Assembly (NCBI RefSeq): GCF_009914755.1
Contig: NC_060929.1
Length of the DNA stretch: 64,000 bases
Direction: 5' to 3' (one strand)
Source of the DNA: the human T2T-CHM13v2.0 reference genome, Homo sapiens
Under the pieces are notes generated by a model, which worked only from the letters and a program-made list of their open reading frames with translations, was not told the DNA's origin and did not search any database. Shown here piece after piece: positions 1 to 16,808 of this stretch; within the stretch, counting starts at the first letter, position 1, and every line of letters begins with the position of its first letter. The position numbers were made by a program, and so were the translations under genes.

Positions 1-2
1 AG

Positions 3-181
3 CAGTACTTCTCAACCGGGGCTGTATGTTAGAATTACCTATGGAACTTTTCAAAGCCTGATGTCCAGGCCACACCCCCAGCCAATTAAAGAAGACTCTC
101 TGGGGGTGGGGACAAAGTATCATCATTGTTTAAAGTTCTCCTTGGGTATTCTATTGTGCAGCCAAAGTTAAGAACCATTGC
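3..181. mobile_element. MER5-family hAT-Charlie MITE
   Basis: cagtacttctcaac...ttaagaaccattg terminal inverted repeats and MER5-like interior. Confidence 0.7.
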
Positions 182-629
182 TCTATGGAAGGCATTTGAA
201 AAAATGAAATTTCAAGCTAGTGAAGGAGATCTTTATGGGTGGGGATATATCATGTTTCCCTACTGAGGCAGCCAACTGGTGAAAAAGCTCTTTTTATTAC
301 AAAAGAACACCTCATTACTAAATTAAAAAGGTCACTAGAGACTAAGTTGCTAGGTCTTGATTTCAGCAAATTACTTGAATTCTACCTATAAATTATGACT
401 AGTAATTTCATTGCCTATCTTATGGAGCTACTGAAGATGATCAAATGAAATATAGTACCAGAAAATGTTTTAAACTTTACAATTTTATTATTGCATAGCT
501 GAGCAGTAGAACCACCTGTCACCAAAAAGATTAGTGATACTATGGTTACAACTATAATATAGATTATTACCTAAAAGACTTGTCACTCTGTTTAGTGGGC
601 ATTTACTTTAGGAAATCTAAGTGTCTACC

Positions 630-810
630 CCAGAGCCCCGAAGTACAGTTCCTGAGCCAGTGGCACCAGCAACACCTGGAAACTTAGAAATGTAAATTCT
701 TAAAGCCTCCCCTAGACTACTGAATCAGAAATTGTTGGTAGAACATTGCAATCTGTGTCTTAACAAGCCCTTCAGGTAACTCTGATGTGTGCTTAAATTT
801 GAGAACCACA
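630..810. mobile_element. MER5A MITE
   Basis: cagcaacacctggaaacttagaaatg...ctactgaatcagaa...aacaagccc...tttgagaaccac. Confidence 0.7.
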
Positions 811-1626
811 TATCTAGCCAAACATCGTAAAAAGAGAATATGTATGAATAAAATCAAAGGATGAATATACAGTATTTGTTATTTGAAACTTTAGAAGTCA
901 CAGTGCATAGGTATACTGGCATAAATTACCACTTTTAAAAATCTCCTACAGCTTTGTATTTTAAAACAATACAACTTTCCCTACCCAGACAAGATTCATT
1001 AATTAGCAACTGATTATAATCACTAATCCAATGGTAGCATATAAATTCGGGAGTCAGTAAATTATAAAGTATAAATATGTTTGGGTAAGGAATACAGAAA
1101 CAAATTCTAGTAGCAATGGTTCTGGAAATAGCCATGTTTTTGGGCTTGGATTTCTCTCTGAGGAAGAGTTACAGCAGTATCTCAAAAATCACACATATAC
1201 TGAAGACAACACCCCATAGCATCTCAATGTTCCTTATGAGGCAAAGGAAGTGTTTCATTACTGACTCAGAGAAAAGACCATTACTTGGACTGAATCACCA
1301 ATGTTTCCTGTAGCATTAGATTTGTCACTGGATCTGCTAAGCAACAGAAAAAGTCTCAAGCTTCTTATCTTAAAAGATCTCATAAGAGAAAGCTATCATT
1401 ATTGCTCCCAAACTCAATTAAAGCCCAAAGGTCTGGATATTAATAAAACATATGCAGGAAAATAACAAGTGAGAACACTGAAGGATCTTGTGAGACTGCC
1501 ACCGAAAGTTCTTTGAGATCTTTCTTGTTTTCTCTTTGCCACTTAAAAGAATTTTGACAGCCTCAAGACACCCAGCACCTCCTTGGAGAGATGAACATGG
1601 AGTATCTCAGTTAAGAACTGACTTTA

Positions 1627-2756
<1,130 letters not shown>

Positions 2757-3066
2757 AAGAACTGACTTTAGAATTCATCCTTAGTTTCTGAGTGAAAGGT
2801 AAGTAGAAATGACTTCTTGAAGGGTTTCTTAACGATAAAATGAAGTTTCATTAAGGAGAAGATGACTCTGGCTTTTTCTTGGGTCAAAGTTCCTAAACTC
2901 TAAAGGGACTTTACTTCCCTCAATCATAAGCTTCTTAAGAACCTGGGGTTAAAAGTGAGGGTTAAAAGTAAGCTTCTTAAGAACCTGGGGTTAAAAGTGT
3001 AAGAAGAGCAACTTCAACAATTGATTCCTGCACTCTATATCCTAGGAAATATTTTCCACCTATTCA

Positions 3067-3438
<372 letters not shown>

Positions 3439-3784
3439 CTACCTATGCTAATTAAAATGATACTGTTTTTCCTTGGCAAAGCTTTGCCCCACTCTATAAG
3501 AAAAGTAGCAACTCTAAACTTTCATCTCCCACATTAGAAAGGACAAGCACAAATATATAATTGCCAAAATTAATTCCTTTTACTCATTCACTCATCTAGC
3601 ATTTTGGGAGGCCACCATTGGCCTCATTAAGGTGCTCAATAAGGTGCACTTATTGGGCCCCTACTATGTTTCGGATATTGTTCTAGGGGCAAAATGAGTT
3701 TACAAAGATGCACAGACTTCAGTGATGAAGACACGGATTCCACGTGTCTAGAGTGCTGGGTTTGGTTTCTCTGTCAGCCAAGAC

Positions 3785-3968
3785 CAGTGGTACACAAACT
3801 TGAGCGAGCAACAAAATCACCTGCAGGGCTTGTTGAAACGCAGATTAATGCGCCCCACTCGAAGAGTTTCTGTTCAGTAGGTCTGTAATGGGGTGCTCAA
3901 ATTAGCATTTCTAACAAGTTTCTAAATGATGTTGATGCTGCTGGCGGGACCAGACTTTAAGAACCACT
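3785..3968. mobile_element. MER5A MITE
   Basis: cagtggtacacaaactt...ctttaagaaccact termini; catttctaacaag...tgatgctgctgg interior. Confidence 0.75.
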
Positions 3969-5120
3969 TACCGAAACAAATGGCAGCTCTTTACACCATG
4001 CCCTCTATATCCCTCATTTGAAGAAGGCAATAGCCTCAAGAATGCTCATAATCACCCACAACCAACCCTAATGTGAGTTCCCAGAACCACCTCCAGTATC
4101 TAAGACCAGTAGCTCCAGATCACAGAAAGAAGAATAAATAACAAGGAAGAGAAAGCTCTCCCTTCCAGAGGCTTTTCTCTCTCTTTTTTTTTTTTTTTTT
4201 TTTTTTTACCCCCTACCACAAGAAATCACTTCTATTTCTCAATGCAAGTGTTATGGAAAAAAATAACACTCATTTAGACTTTTTACTTTCTGACTTCAAC
4301 AAAATTATATTTTTTTCTTCCAAATTCAGTTCTCATGGCCTTTTTCCTCTTCTTCTTCTTTGCTTTTTTGTTGGATTATCTCCTTTCTGAACAAATAGAA
4401 TCATAGGATTGAAGGAACATTAAGAATTCATTTAATCCTTTCTTGGTCTCAGACAAGACTGTATCTAAACCATCCCCAAATATAGCAATTTCAGTACAAA
4501 GATGAAGCGGCTCTAAGAATTTCCCATTCAACCTTCTGTCGTATGCTAATATGCATCCCCTTAGCTTTCTTTTCTCCAAGCTAATCCACTTTAACTTTAG
4601 ACTATCCTTATTAGATTTCCTAAACTTCAAATTATTTAAATTATTCTTTAATAAGTTTATCCCACCTTGCCTCAGGGCCTGAATTATGTATGTATTGTTC
4701 TAGAAGACTTTTTGTTGGAATATGCAAAGGGAAAAGTTAATTTATAGAATAAAAAGAATTGAATTGGATAAAAGATAGATATATGTATAAATGCCACTAA
4801 AAATAATGCAATGGCATATACTTGATCAATTAGTTGCAAATATTTCTTTATTTAAAAATGGTAATGTCCTATGGCTTTAAAAACTTTACATTACAAATCA
4901 CCAGCCATTTTACACATAAAATGGATGGGAACTAGAGATCTTTTAAAATATGTCACGAATTATACATAACCATGTTTCATGATACTTTACACAGTAGAGT
5001 ACATTAATATATTATTATTCATCTTTTTTGTTTTTTTCATGTTGTATAGACTTTATATTGAAATTGGAGTTGTAGTTAATCATTGCTTTAATTCTGTATG
5101 AGACTAAAAATACTGAATTA

Positions 5121-5430
5121 GGCTGGGCGTGATGGCCCATGCCCATAATCCCAGCATTTTGGGAGACTGAGGCAGGAGGAATGCTTGAGGCCAGGAGTTC
5201 CAGACAAGCCTAGGCAACACAGTGAGATCCTGTCTTTACAAAAATTTTTAAAATTAGCCAGGTGTGGTGGCGTGCTCCCTAGCTACTCAGAAGGTTGAGG
5301 TGGGAGGATCACTTGAGCCCAGGAGGTTGAGGCTGCAGTGAGCCATGATCGTGTCACTGCACTCCAGCTTGGGCAACAGAGCAAAAACCTGTCTCAAAAA
5401 AAAAAAAGTAATAAGTAATAAAATAAAATA
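5121..5430 (+). mobile_element. AluJ
   Basis: Diverged dimer (gaggatcacttgagcccagg); TSD aaaaatactgaat. Confidence 0.9.
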
Positions 5431-5881
5431 AAAATACTGAATAGATTATATGTTAATTATTTCTCTAAAAATAACCTCTCTGATTTAAGACTTGAAAATC
5501 AGAAGATGCAAATACAAGACAGGATGAAGTCTATATAAAAATCATATATTTCTGCATAGTTTAAAAAAGGAGTATAGGTAATGTATTGGATGATTTACTT
5601 TATTTTAATTTTTCCCAAAATAAATATCACTATTTAAAATTTAATCTTTGCTTCTGGAATGGTGAGGTGATCTAGTCCAGCCTAGGCCTGAAGGACAGGT
5701 TTGTTTCCTTGCCTGTTAGGATCAAGGTGTACGGTGGAGGCGATGCATTTAGTCTCCAGAGAGAAGGAAGATGCTGCTTGCACAGCACTTCTACTCACCA
5801 GTCCATGCAGCAGCAAGGGTGTTGGCTTTGAAGGAAGCCAACTGTCCTGCTCTCCCAGCCAGAGGTAAAGAATTGCATTGG

Positions 5882-5897
5882 TGGCCACTAGAGGGAG
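5882..5897 (+). promoter_or_regulatory. Candidate CTCF core motif
   Basis: tggccactagagggag resembles the CTCF consensus TGGCCACYAGRGGGCGC; lies in a locally GC-richer, non-repeat patch. Confidence 0.45.
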
Positions 5898-6402
5898 GAG
5901 GATTAGGAATAGAGTAAATTGTAGGGAAAAGGCACCCATGAAAAACGCACATGGGACAACCAACACATCACCAACCACCGCCTAGCAGCTACCTCTGAGG
6001 GACTGTAATGGGGTCAGTATACACCATTAACCCAGAACCCAGATACCAGTAATTATTGTAGCATCCCAGTATACAGCCCCTTAACTTTGATGGCAGGAGA
6101 AGGGAGTTTGAATAGGATTGTGGCAAACACACAGGCACACAAACACACACAACAAGCACACAGCCGTACATTCTCATCTCCCATTACAAGAAGTTGCATC
6201 TGTGATGTCTGATTCTTGCTCATTTTCTTTTTTAAAACTTTTGATGTTCTTTACCAAGAATGTGTTCACGAAAGGCAAACAGCCCACCTTCAAGATAGTC
6301 TTGGGAGAAGCACCAGCAGAGACACTCATTGTGCCAAGATGTATTTTACCAACAAATCTGCACAAATTACATGAGGTTGAAAACAAATGGAATATAATAT
6401 AA

Positions 6403-6744
<342 letters not shown>

Positions 6745-7048
6745 TCAGATATTTATTATTCCTTTTGAAGAAGAAAATGTCAAAACAAGTCTTACAGGAA
6801 ACTTAATATAAAACACATGCATTTATATCAAATTTTCTCCTCCCATTTTCATGGGTATTTTGGAGCCATTGCTTTCATCTGTCTTGTTTGGTTATAAAAA
6901 TACTATTCAAGCAAGAGCACTATGGCCTTAACTCTGCACAGCTCTAACACCCTTGGGTAAATCATTTTATCTTTATTTACCTTAATTTCATCACCTGTAA
7001 AGCAGAGATAATAAAACCTGCCCCTTCCTACCTCACAAGGGGGAATTA

Positions 7049-7267
<219 letters not shown>

Positions 7268-7819
7268 TCACCTAAAAATGTGAAATTTCATTTACCAAAG
7301 TGTCACTGATTAATTACTGCAATAAAGTATACAATGAATACCGATTTCCATTTAGAGATGTGACTCTTGACCATATTCTTAAGTACAAATTAAAATGGTA
7401 TTTTTCATGTGAATGGTAAGAAGATATTACTTAAGTATTTATAATGTCACTAATAGAAAGCAACGAAAGGTTAACCTGGAGGAATAAACATGTGGAAGTA
7501 ACAAGGAAAATTATGAGAAAAGGAATAACTAGGGATGAGACTTAACATGAGGGTGGGGAGCAGGCTTTCCTTTCCAAATACTGAAATAGTAATTAAATGG
7601 ATATGGGGTGGGGACAACCTGTTGCACTTGGACACAGACTGATCGACAGAACACGAATCAAAGAGATTTAAGAAATAGACCCAAGTTCATATGGGAATTC
7701 TGTTTATGATAAAGGAAGTATCTTAAATTAGTAAAGGAAAGAACAAGAAATGGGGCTAAGGCAAAAGACTATTCTTTTGGCAAAAAAATGCTGAATTTAT
7801 ATTTCTTTCTTTATATAAG

Positions 7820-8340
7820 AATAAATGCCACAATTCAACTCCTAGGCACATATCCAAAAGAATTGAAAACAGGTACTCAAACAAATACTTGGACACACAT
7901 ATTCATAGTAGCACTATTTCCAGTAGCACCAAATCAAAACAACACAAATGTTCATCAGTGGATGAATAAATAAACAAATTGTGGTATTATAATGTAACAG
8001 AATGTTATGCAGCCATAACAAGTAATGAAGTATTGATAACAAGCTATAATGTGATGAAACTCAAAAACATTAAATGGAAGAGACCAGACAGGAAAGATCA
8101 CATATAGTATGCTTCCATCTATATAAAATGTCCAGAGTAGGTAAAAAGCCACAGAGACAGAAAGCAGATGGGTAGTTGCCAGGGGATGGGGAATGGGGAG
8201 AATGGGGATTCACCTGCTTAATGGATATGGGTTTTTTTCTGGGGTGATGTAAATGTTTGGAATGTTTCAAACGCCACTTAATTGTTCACTTCAAATGGTT
8301 AATTTTATGTAATGTTAATTTCACCTCAATAAAAACAAAG
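7820..8340 (+). mobile_element. L1MB-type 3' end
   Basis: caattcaactcctagg..ccaaaagaattgaaaacaggtactcaaacaaatac...cacctcaataaaa. Confidence 0.8.
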
Positions 8341-8541
8341 TTAAAAAAAGAGAAAGGATAAATGCCAGATGGGTAAATATTTAAATATAAAAATAGTTAA
8401 ATCTTAAAATGTCAGGAGAAAATATAAAAGAACTTTTTTTCTCATAATATTGTGTTGTGAAAAATTTCTAAGCATGACAAAAAACTCAGAAAAAATATTG
8501 ATAGATAAACATGCATACTTTAAAAAAATCTCTTACAAGAA

Positions 8542-8543
<2 letters not shown>

Positions 8544-8572
<29 letters not shown>
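8544..8572. repeat. (CA)14 microsatellite
   Basis: Perfect CA run seen directly. Confidence 0.95.
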
Positions 8573-8576
<4 letters not shown>

Positions 8577-10929
8577 AAAAGCACATGTAGCTGAAAAAGT
8601 ATTTTTAGTACTACCGTACAAAAACTCCTATAAACAAACAGGAAACAAATAAACATGTCAGCTTAATATTTTGTTAGTATGCTAGCTGACTGCAAAAACT
8701 TTGATTCGTCAGACCTGATAAACAAGTAGCCCAAAAGGACTAAAGGGTCATGGTGCAGAGTCTCTGACTCCCTAGACCTCCAGCTCTTGTCCTTCATACT
8801 ACAGACCATTGTCATCTCCCGACCCCCATTTGCCTGGCAAAAATATTTGTAGTTTCTTAACTTCAGACATGTTTTGAAGATTCATTTAATCTTCAAAATA
8901 AATCTAATTAACCTTTTGAGATAGGAACAAGCAAATAGAAGAAATACCTGGCCTTGAACTTTTTGTGTACTTAAAATTTTTTATTTTCAACTCTCACTTG
9001 CAGTGGTTTTCTGTCTAGTTTAAAACATTTGGTTTTATAAGGACATCTGAGACTGTCATATATGAAATAGTAAAAATAAAGATAAAAACAACTATGTGGC
9101 TTTAAATTCTCCTTCAGTTTGAGCTCTCACTTCCTTTTTTTTTTTTTACAACTACTAAATGAAGGAATTCTAACACCTCTTGGCTGCTAGGAATATATAA
9201 CTAATGGTGCCATAATGTAGCTCAGAAAAACACCAACCATTTAAGAGGCATTAAGGAAGAATGACTAAAGGAAGATGAAGTGCATTATGAAAAGAGAATT
9301 ACCAAAGGGGGAAAAAGCTGAGGCTAGAAATCTTTTTGTTTTGAGTATTATTGATGGAGAAAATAATTCAAAATTATGGTGTAAAAATAAAGGAGTCTTC
9401 TTAAATAAAAGAAGAGCCTGATGATACTGATATTCTGCCTGAAGACACACTCTGGATGTACCCTTATTTTTAAAAGCTTTAAGAGAAATGGAATGATATT
9501 TTAACTAAAATAAAAACTCATTTAGGTCTCACTAAGGGTTTCTGGAGAGACTAAAACTATCTCAAAGGATTAAACATCAAATAAATAGAACTTCTCCTCA
9601 CTTTCATGCTGAAATAACTGGTATTAGAATTGCCCTCCCATTGTAAATAATCAGAAAACTCATAAAATATATGAATCAGCTTTTCTCATGCATTGACCAG
9701 AACTGTGCAGAGACCATGATCTCCACAACTTTCTGCTTGGAGACACTTTCTTTAGGTGGAGAACCCAAGCAGAACACAGTGGTCTCACCAAGTGAAGAAG
9801 AGAGATCAGAAACTGGGAAGGCTGACATAGCTGGAATATGCAGGACCAGAGAACAAGAGAGGAAGGAGGAAATCTGTTGCTGAATATTGATCTGCATATG
9901 TATAGGATAAAATTACATAAAGCCAGGCAAAAAATCTACTGTGGAGCTGTAAGCAGAACTACTGCATTTCAATCACCAGGCCATTCAGTAGAGACCCAAG
10001 AAGAATCATGCTTTTGCAGGAGGGCTGAGCAAGCTCTAGAATAAAGAATATTCTGGATTTACCCAAACAAAGCTCAAAAGCAAACATCAAAAGGATCAAG
10101 CAGATCTACAAGTTACTTGACACCCTTTAAAAAAATAAATCAAAATCCAGGCTCTCAACAAAGAAACATTCACAGTGTACAACATCCAATGAGAAATTAC
10201 TACCAATGTGGAAAAGGAGGAGAATGTGATTCAAACAGGAGGAAGGCAAAGCCAAAGAAACAGACCCAGAAATAACAAAAATTATGGAATTAGCAGAAAA
10301 TAATTTTCAAGTAGCTATTATAAATATATGCAAGAACTTTAAAGGAAAACATAATGAGAAGAAACATGATGACATTACATGTATATACACACATATTTAT
10401 AATAGATGGAAACTGAGATCTATACAAAGAAAGGAAGTATGCCAGATAATGGTAAATATGTGGGTAAATACAAAATAATTTTGCTTGTTTTAAAATTTTT
10501 TAAAAAGATAATTGGCTCTTTGAAACAAAAATAATAACCATATATTGTGGGATTTATAACATATAAAGAAGTAGAAAGTATTAAAAAAAACAGCACAAAG
10601 AATGGAATGGGACAATGGAGGTAAACTGTTGTAAGGGTCTTACATTATACATAAAATGGTGCAATATTATTTGGCAATGTATTATGATAAATTAAAAACG
10701 CATTTTGTAAATCATAAAGCAACCACTAATTAAACAGAGCAAAGAAGTATAGCTAATAAGCTATTTATTAGAGATTAAGTGGAATACAATAAAACCCATG
10801 GTTATTCTAAAAGAAGGCATGAAAGGAGGATTAAACGGAAAAAAAACACACAGGACAAACAGAAAAACAGCAAGATGGTAGGCTTAAACCCAACGATATT
10901 GATAATTACATTAAATATAAATGATCTAA

Positions 10930-11113
10930 ACAAGAAGTCACCAAACTTATGACCCACCTCCTGTGTTAGTAGATAAAGTTCTATTGGAACACAGTCACAC
11001 CCATTTATTTATTACCTATGTCTGCTTTCACACTACAATGGTAGAAGTGAATAGTTGTAACACAGACTGTAAGATTTACTGTCTGACCCTTAACAGCGAT
11101 AGTTGCCGACCCC
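10930..11113. mobile_element. MER58A-like hAT MITE
   Basis: ataaagttctattggaacacagtcacacccatttattt...gttgccgaccccc. Confidence 0.7.
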
Positions 11114-11344
11114 CAACCCCCCCACCAAACTAAAGATTAGAATTTAAAAATGCAATGATTGTTAGACATTATAAGAAATCAAGATTAAACTACATGTGTT
11201 CTACAAGAAACAGATTTTAAAGACAGACGTACCTACATATGAAAAGTGAATAGATAGAAAAAGATTTACCATGCAAACACTGATCAGAAGACAGCTGGGG
11301 TAGCTAGATTAGTATCAGATAAAACAGACTTTGCATCAAAGAAT

Positions 11345-11470
11345 ATTTTTAAGAGATGGGTATCTCACTATGTTGCCCAGGCTGATCTCAAACTCCTAAG
11401 CTCAATGATTCTCCTGCCTCTGCCTCCTGAGTGGTTGGAATTACAGGCATGTGCCACCATGCCAGACTGG
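11345..11470 (-). mobile_element. FLAM/Alu monomer
   Basis: agagatgggtatctcactatgttgcccaggctg...ttacaggcatgtgccacc. Confidence 0.8.
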
Positions 11471-11608
11471 TCATAGAATATTATCAGGAATACAGAGGAA
11501 CATTTGAAAATCATAAAATGCTCAATATATCAAGAAGATGTAACAATCATAAATGTCTATACACCTAAAACATAGTTTCAAAATAAATGAAGCAAAAATC
11601 TTACAAAC

Positions 11609-11648
11609 TATTGGGTTGGTGCAAAAGTAATCGCAGCTTTTGCCATTA
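11609..11648 (+). mobile_element. MADE1/Hsmar1 terminal inverted repeat (single end)
   Basis: TA|ttgggttggtgcaaaagtaatcgcagcttttgccatta matches the Hsmar1 TIR TTAGGTTGGTGCAAAAGTAATTGCGGTTTTTGCCATT. Confidence 0.85.
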
Positions 11649-12223
11649 ATAAGAACAGTAAACAAATCCACAATTCTAATGGGAGATATCGACGTAATTC
11701 TTTCAGTAATTCTTCAACAAGAAGGCAGCAAATAAGAATATAAAAAATGTGAAAAAACTATCCAACCAAAGGATAGTTGTGTCCTTTAATTTCATGAACA
11801 TTAATGGAATACTAACCCCAAAATAGCAGAATATGCATTCTTCTCAAGTGCACATGTGCTAGACTATAAAAAAACCTTAACAAAAAACTAAAATCATATA
11901 AGGTGTGTTTTCTGTCCAAAATACAATTAAACTAGAAATCAGTATCAGAAAAGTATTTGTGAAACACCAAAATATTTGGAAATTAAATAATACCTTCTAA
12001 GTCATGAGTCACAAGATAAATAAGGAAATATTTAAAACTTCATAAGGAAAATAAAATGTATCATATGTCTGACAAAATTTATGGTAAAAAAAATGCTTGT
12101 TTTATAGCAGAAAAAAGATTTTTAATCAGTAATTTAAGTTTGTATCTTGAGAAGCTAGAAAAAATAAGAACAAATTAAAACAAAGTGAATAGAAAAAAAG
12201 AAACAAACAGAAGAGTGGGAATT

Positions 12224-12569
<346 letters not shown>

Positions 12570-14944
12570 TTAAACTGTAAGCTTGTTCTTTAAAAAGATC
12601 AATACAATAAAGCCCTCATTAGGATTATCAAGGTAAAGAGACAAATTTTCAGTACGGAAAATGAAAAGAAGAGCCATTGTTACAGATCCTACAGATATTA
12701 AAAAGATAATAAGAAAATATTATGCATAATTTTATGCCAATAAATTTGAAAACTTTGTTATAAAAATTGAATTTTTCATTAAAAACTTTCCACAAAGACA
12801 ACTCCATTCTAGATAGCTTCACAGTTGAATTCTATCAAGCATTAAGAAACAATTCTCTCCAGACTTCCAGAAAACAGAGGAGAAAGGAACACTTCTAAAG
12901 CCATTTCATGAAGCCAGGCTTAACCTGATACAAAAACCAGCAAAGAAATCACAAGAAAGACTCTAGAAAAATATCTCTCATGAACATAGGTCCAAATATT
13001 CTTAATAAAATATTAGCAAATCAATTCCAGCAATATATAAGAGTAATAATAGATCATGAAAAAGTGGTTTATATCCCAAGAATACTACATGGATTTTACA
13101 TTTGAAAATCAATCAATTTATTTACTATATTAACAGGGAAAGGGAGGGCAAACCCCACCTAATCATGTCAATAGATTCAGACATCTTCAATACCCATTCA
13201 TGACTAAAACTCTAATAAAAACTAGAAATAGAAGGGAACATCCTCAAACTGACAAAGGTCATTACATAAATCTTCTAGCTAACATTATATTTAATGGTTA
13301 AAAACAATAACAACAAGGAATGATTTGCCCTTATGATTGGTTGAAAACAAAAGGCTGCCTAGTCTCCTCATTTATTCAGCATTGTACTAAAGGTCATGAA
13401 CTCTGTTATAAGGCAAGAAAAAAGAAATAAAGGGCATAAAGATTGGAAAGATAGAAGTAAAAGTGCCTTTGTTCGAGGATGACATGATAATCTATAGAGA
13501 AAATCCAAATGAATTTACAAAACAACTGTTAGAAGTAATATGTGAGTGAACCAGGTCTCAGGACATGAGGGCAATATAAAAAGAAATAAACTATATTATT
13601 CCCTAACAACAAAAAACTGGAAATTAAATTAAAATACAATAATATTTACAATAGCACCAAAAAGCATGATTAGATTTAACAGAACATGTGTGCAAGACCT
13701 ATATACTGAAAATGAAACATTGGTGAAAAAATTTTAAAAAGACCTAAATAAATGTAGAGGTAAATCTTTTCATGTATTAGAAAATTCAGTATTTTTAAGA
13801 TGTCAATTCTCCACAAATTAACCTATAGATTCCATATACTCTCTTTCTGTATAAAAAGATTTGTCTCAATTGACAAGTTCATGCTAATATGTATATAGAA
13901 ATATAAAGGACCTAGAAAAGCAAAAATAATGTTGAAAAAGAACACATTCAGGGACTAATGCTTCTGGATTTCAAGACCCGCTGGGAAGCTCGATTACTCA
14001 ACACAGTGTGGTGTTGGTTTAAGGACAGAAACCTAGATCAATGGGTGAGAACAGAAATAGACTCATCCATGTATGCTTAATTGATCTCTCACAAATGTGT
14101 CAGGGTAATTCAATGGAAGAAGTGATAGTCTTTTCAACAAGTAGTGTTAGAGCAATTGAATATTCATATGAAAAAATGGAACATCAACCCTTACTTTATA
14201 CCTTATATAAAAATTAACTTAAAATTGACTGTATGTGTTTTTCAATTTTATTTTTGAATTTCATGCATCTTACATTTCTTATCATAGTTTTAAGTCTTAA
14301 GTCATTACTCTAAGTGTTAAATCAAAGGATAGGGTGTTATTCAAGTAAATAAATAATTGTTCTTCCCCAAATAGATTTGCCTGGTTGTCTCTCCCCCTCA
14401 TAGGTATCAGTCGTAGTATGCACAATACACGTCTTTAATGACTATATTTTGCATTTGTATTTTACATTTAATAAATATATTTTATATTTTGTAGACCATA
14501 TATTTAAACATAAAAATAAAGACTATAACTTCTTACATACTGAAAACTATCTTTGCAATATTGGAGCAGGTAAAATTTCTAAGATAGGACATGAAAGCAC
14601 AAACCATTAAAAAATTAATAAATTGAATTTCATCAAAATTAAAAGGCACTTCAAAAAATGAAGACGCAAGCAGAAACTAGGAGAAAATATCCATAAAATA
14701 TATCTGACAAAGACTTATATCCAGAATATATAAAGAACTCATAACTCAAAAAAAGGAAAAAAAAATTTTAAATGGGTAAAATATTTGTGTAGACACTTCA
14801 CTACAAAAAAATCCATATGGATAAAATTAAAAAGACTGACAATACCAAGTATTGACAAGGATGTAGAGCAGCTGGAACTCTTCTATATTACTGATAGAAA
14901 TATAAAATAATACATCCATTTTGGGAAATATTTTCATACTTTCT

Positions 14945-15860
<916 letters not shown>

Positions 15861-16036
15861 TGATTTTTTAAATATATAAAATAACCCGGTGAAGAGTAAG
15901 CTATAAACTCTAATTTTTCTCTTTAGCATTGTATATGTGTTCTATAAAACTTAGAGCTTACTTCATTTTAGCATGAAAGTGATCTACCTCAAAGAAGCAT
16001 GCCTTTTCCTTCATGATACTGTGCTACTTTTCCTCA

Positions 16037-16225
<189 letters not shown>

Positions 16226-16684
16226 TCAATAGTAATAGTTTCCTTATTATTCCATTCTCTCTTTGACTTTGCATTTTATGAATTATGAAATATGGGCAAA
16301 TTACCCTTTGGGTTCATGAATACATTTTAGAGAAACAGTATTTAACAGTCTTTTTCTCTAAAATTATCTCAAGATATTTTAAAAGCCTCAACACGAATAA
16401 TGGTTCCTTTTCTTCCTCAGCACATGCCCCTCATATCAATCCTCTGTGAGAATGTACACCTTTAAGAAACATGGCTAAATGAAGTTAAGTAGAGAGAGAG
16501 AATATTTCCTTAAAATATTTTACTTGAAGCCACATTTAACACTAAAATGACTGAAAGCAATTTGGGGAAGAAAACATTGTCTGCCTAAATAAAGAAATCT
16601 GAAAAACAGGGGGAGGCGAAGCGAGGGTTTTGGCTCCTCCAAGTACACCAGAGGTGTGAGGAAGAGTTCTCTCTACATACTCAC

Positions 16685-16808
16685 CTCCCCTGGGCAGTGA
16701 ATCATTGAAGAACCCTTCAATGGCATCACATGTGCTTCCGTCCCCTCCACAGACTCGACATCTATCTTCCCTAGCATCAGATCCCAAAATATTATCACAG
16801 CCTACGTG
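16685..16808 (-). CDS. ADAMTS6: ADAMTS6 internal exon, 124 nt: cysteine-rich domain to spacer
   Basis: ttttcag|CAC...GGA G|gtgagt; encodes [41 protein letters not shown](G); phase 0 to 1. Confidence 0.97.

Noticed and set aside
5682-5978. Hydrophobic 98-aa minus-strand ORF as a membrane-anchor exon for ADAMTS6
   Set aside because: No convincing acceptor or codon evidence; the hydrophobicity follows from T-rich composition
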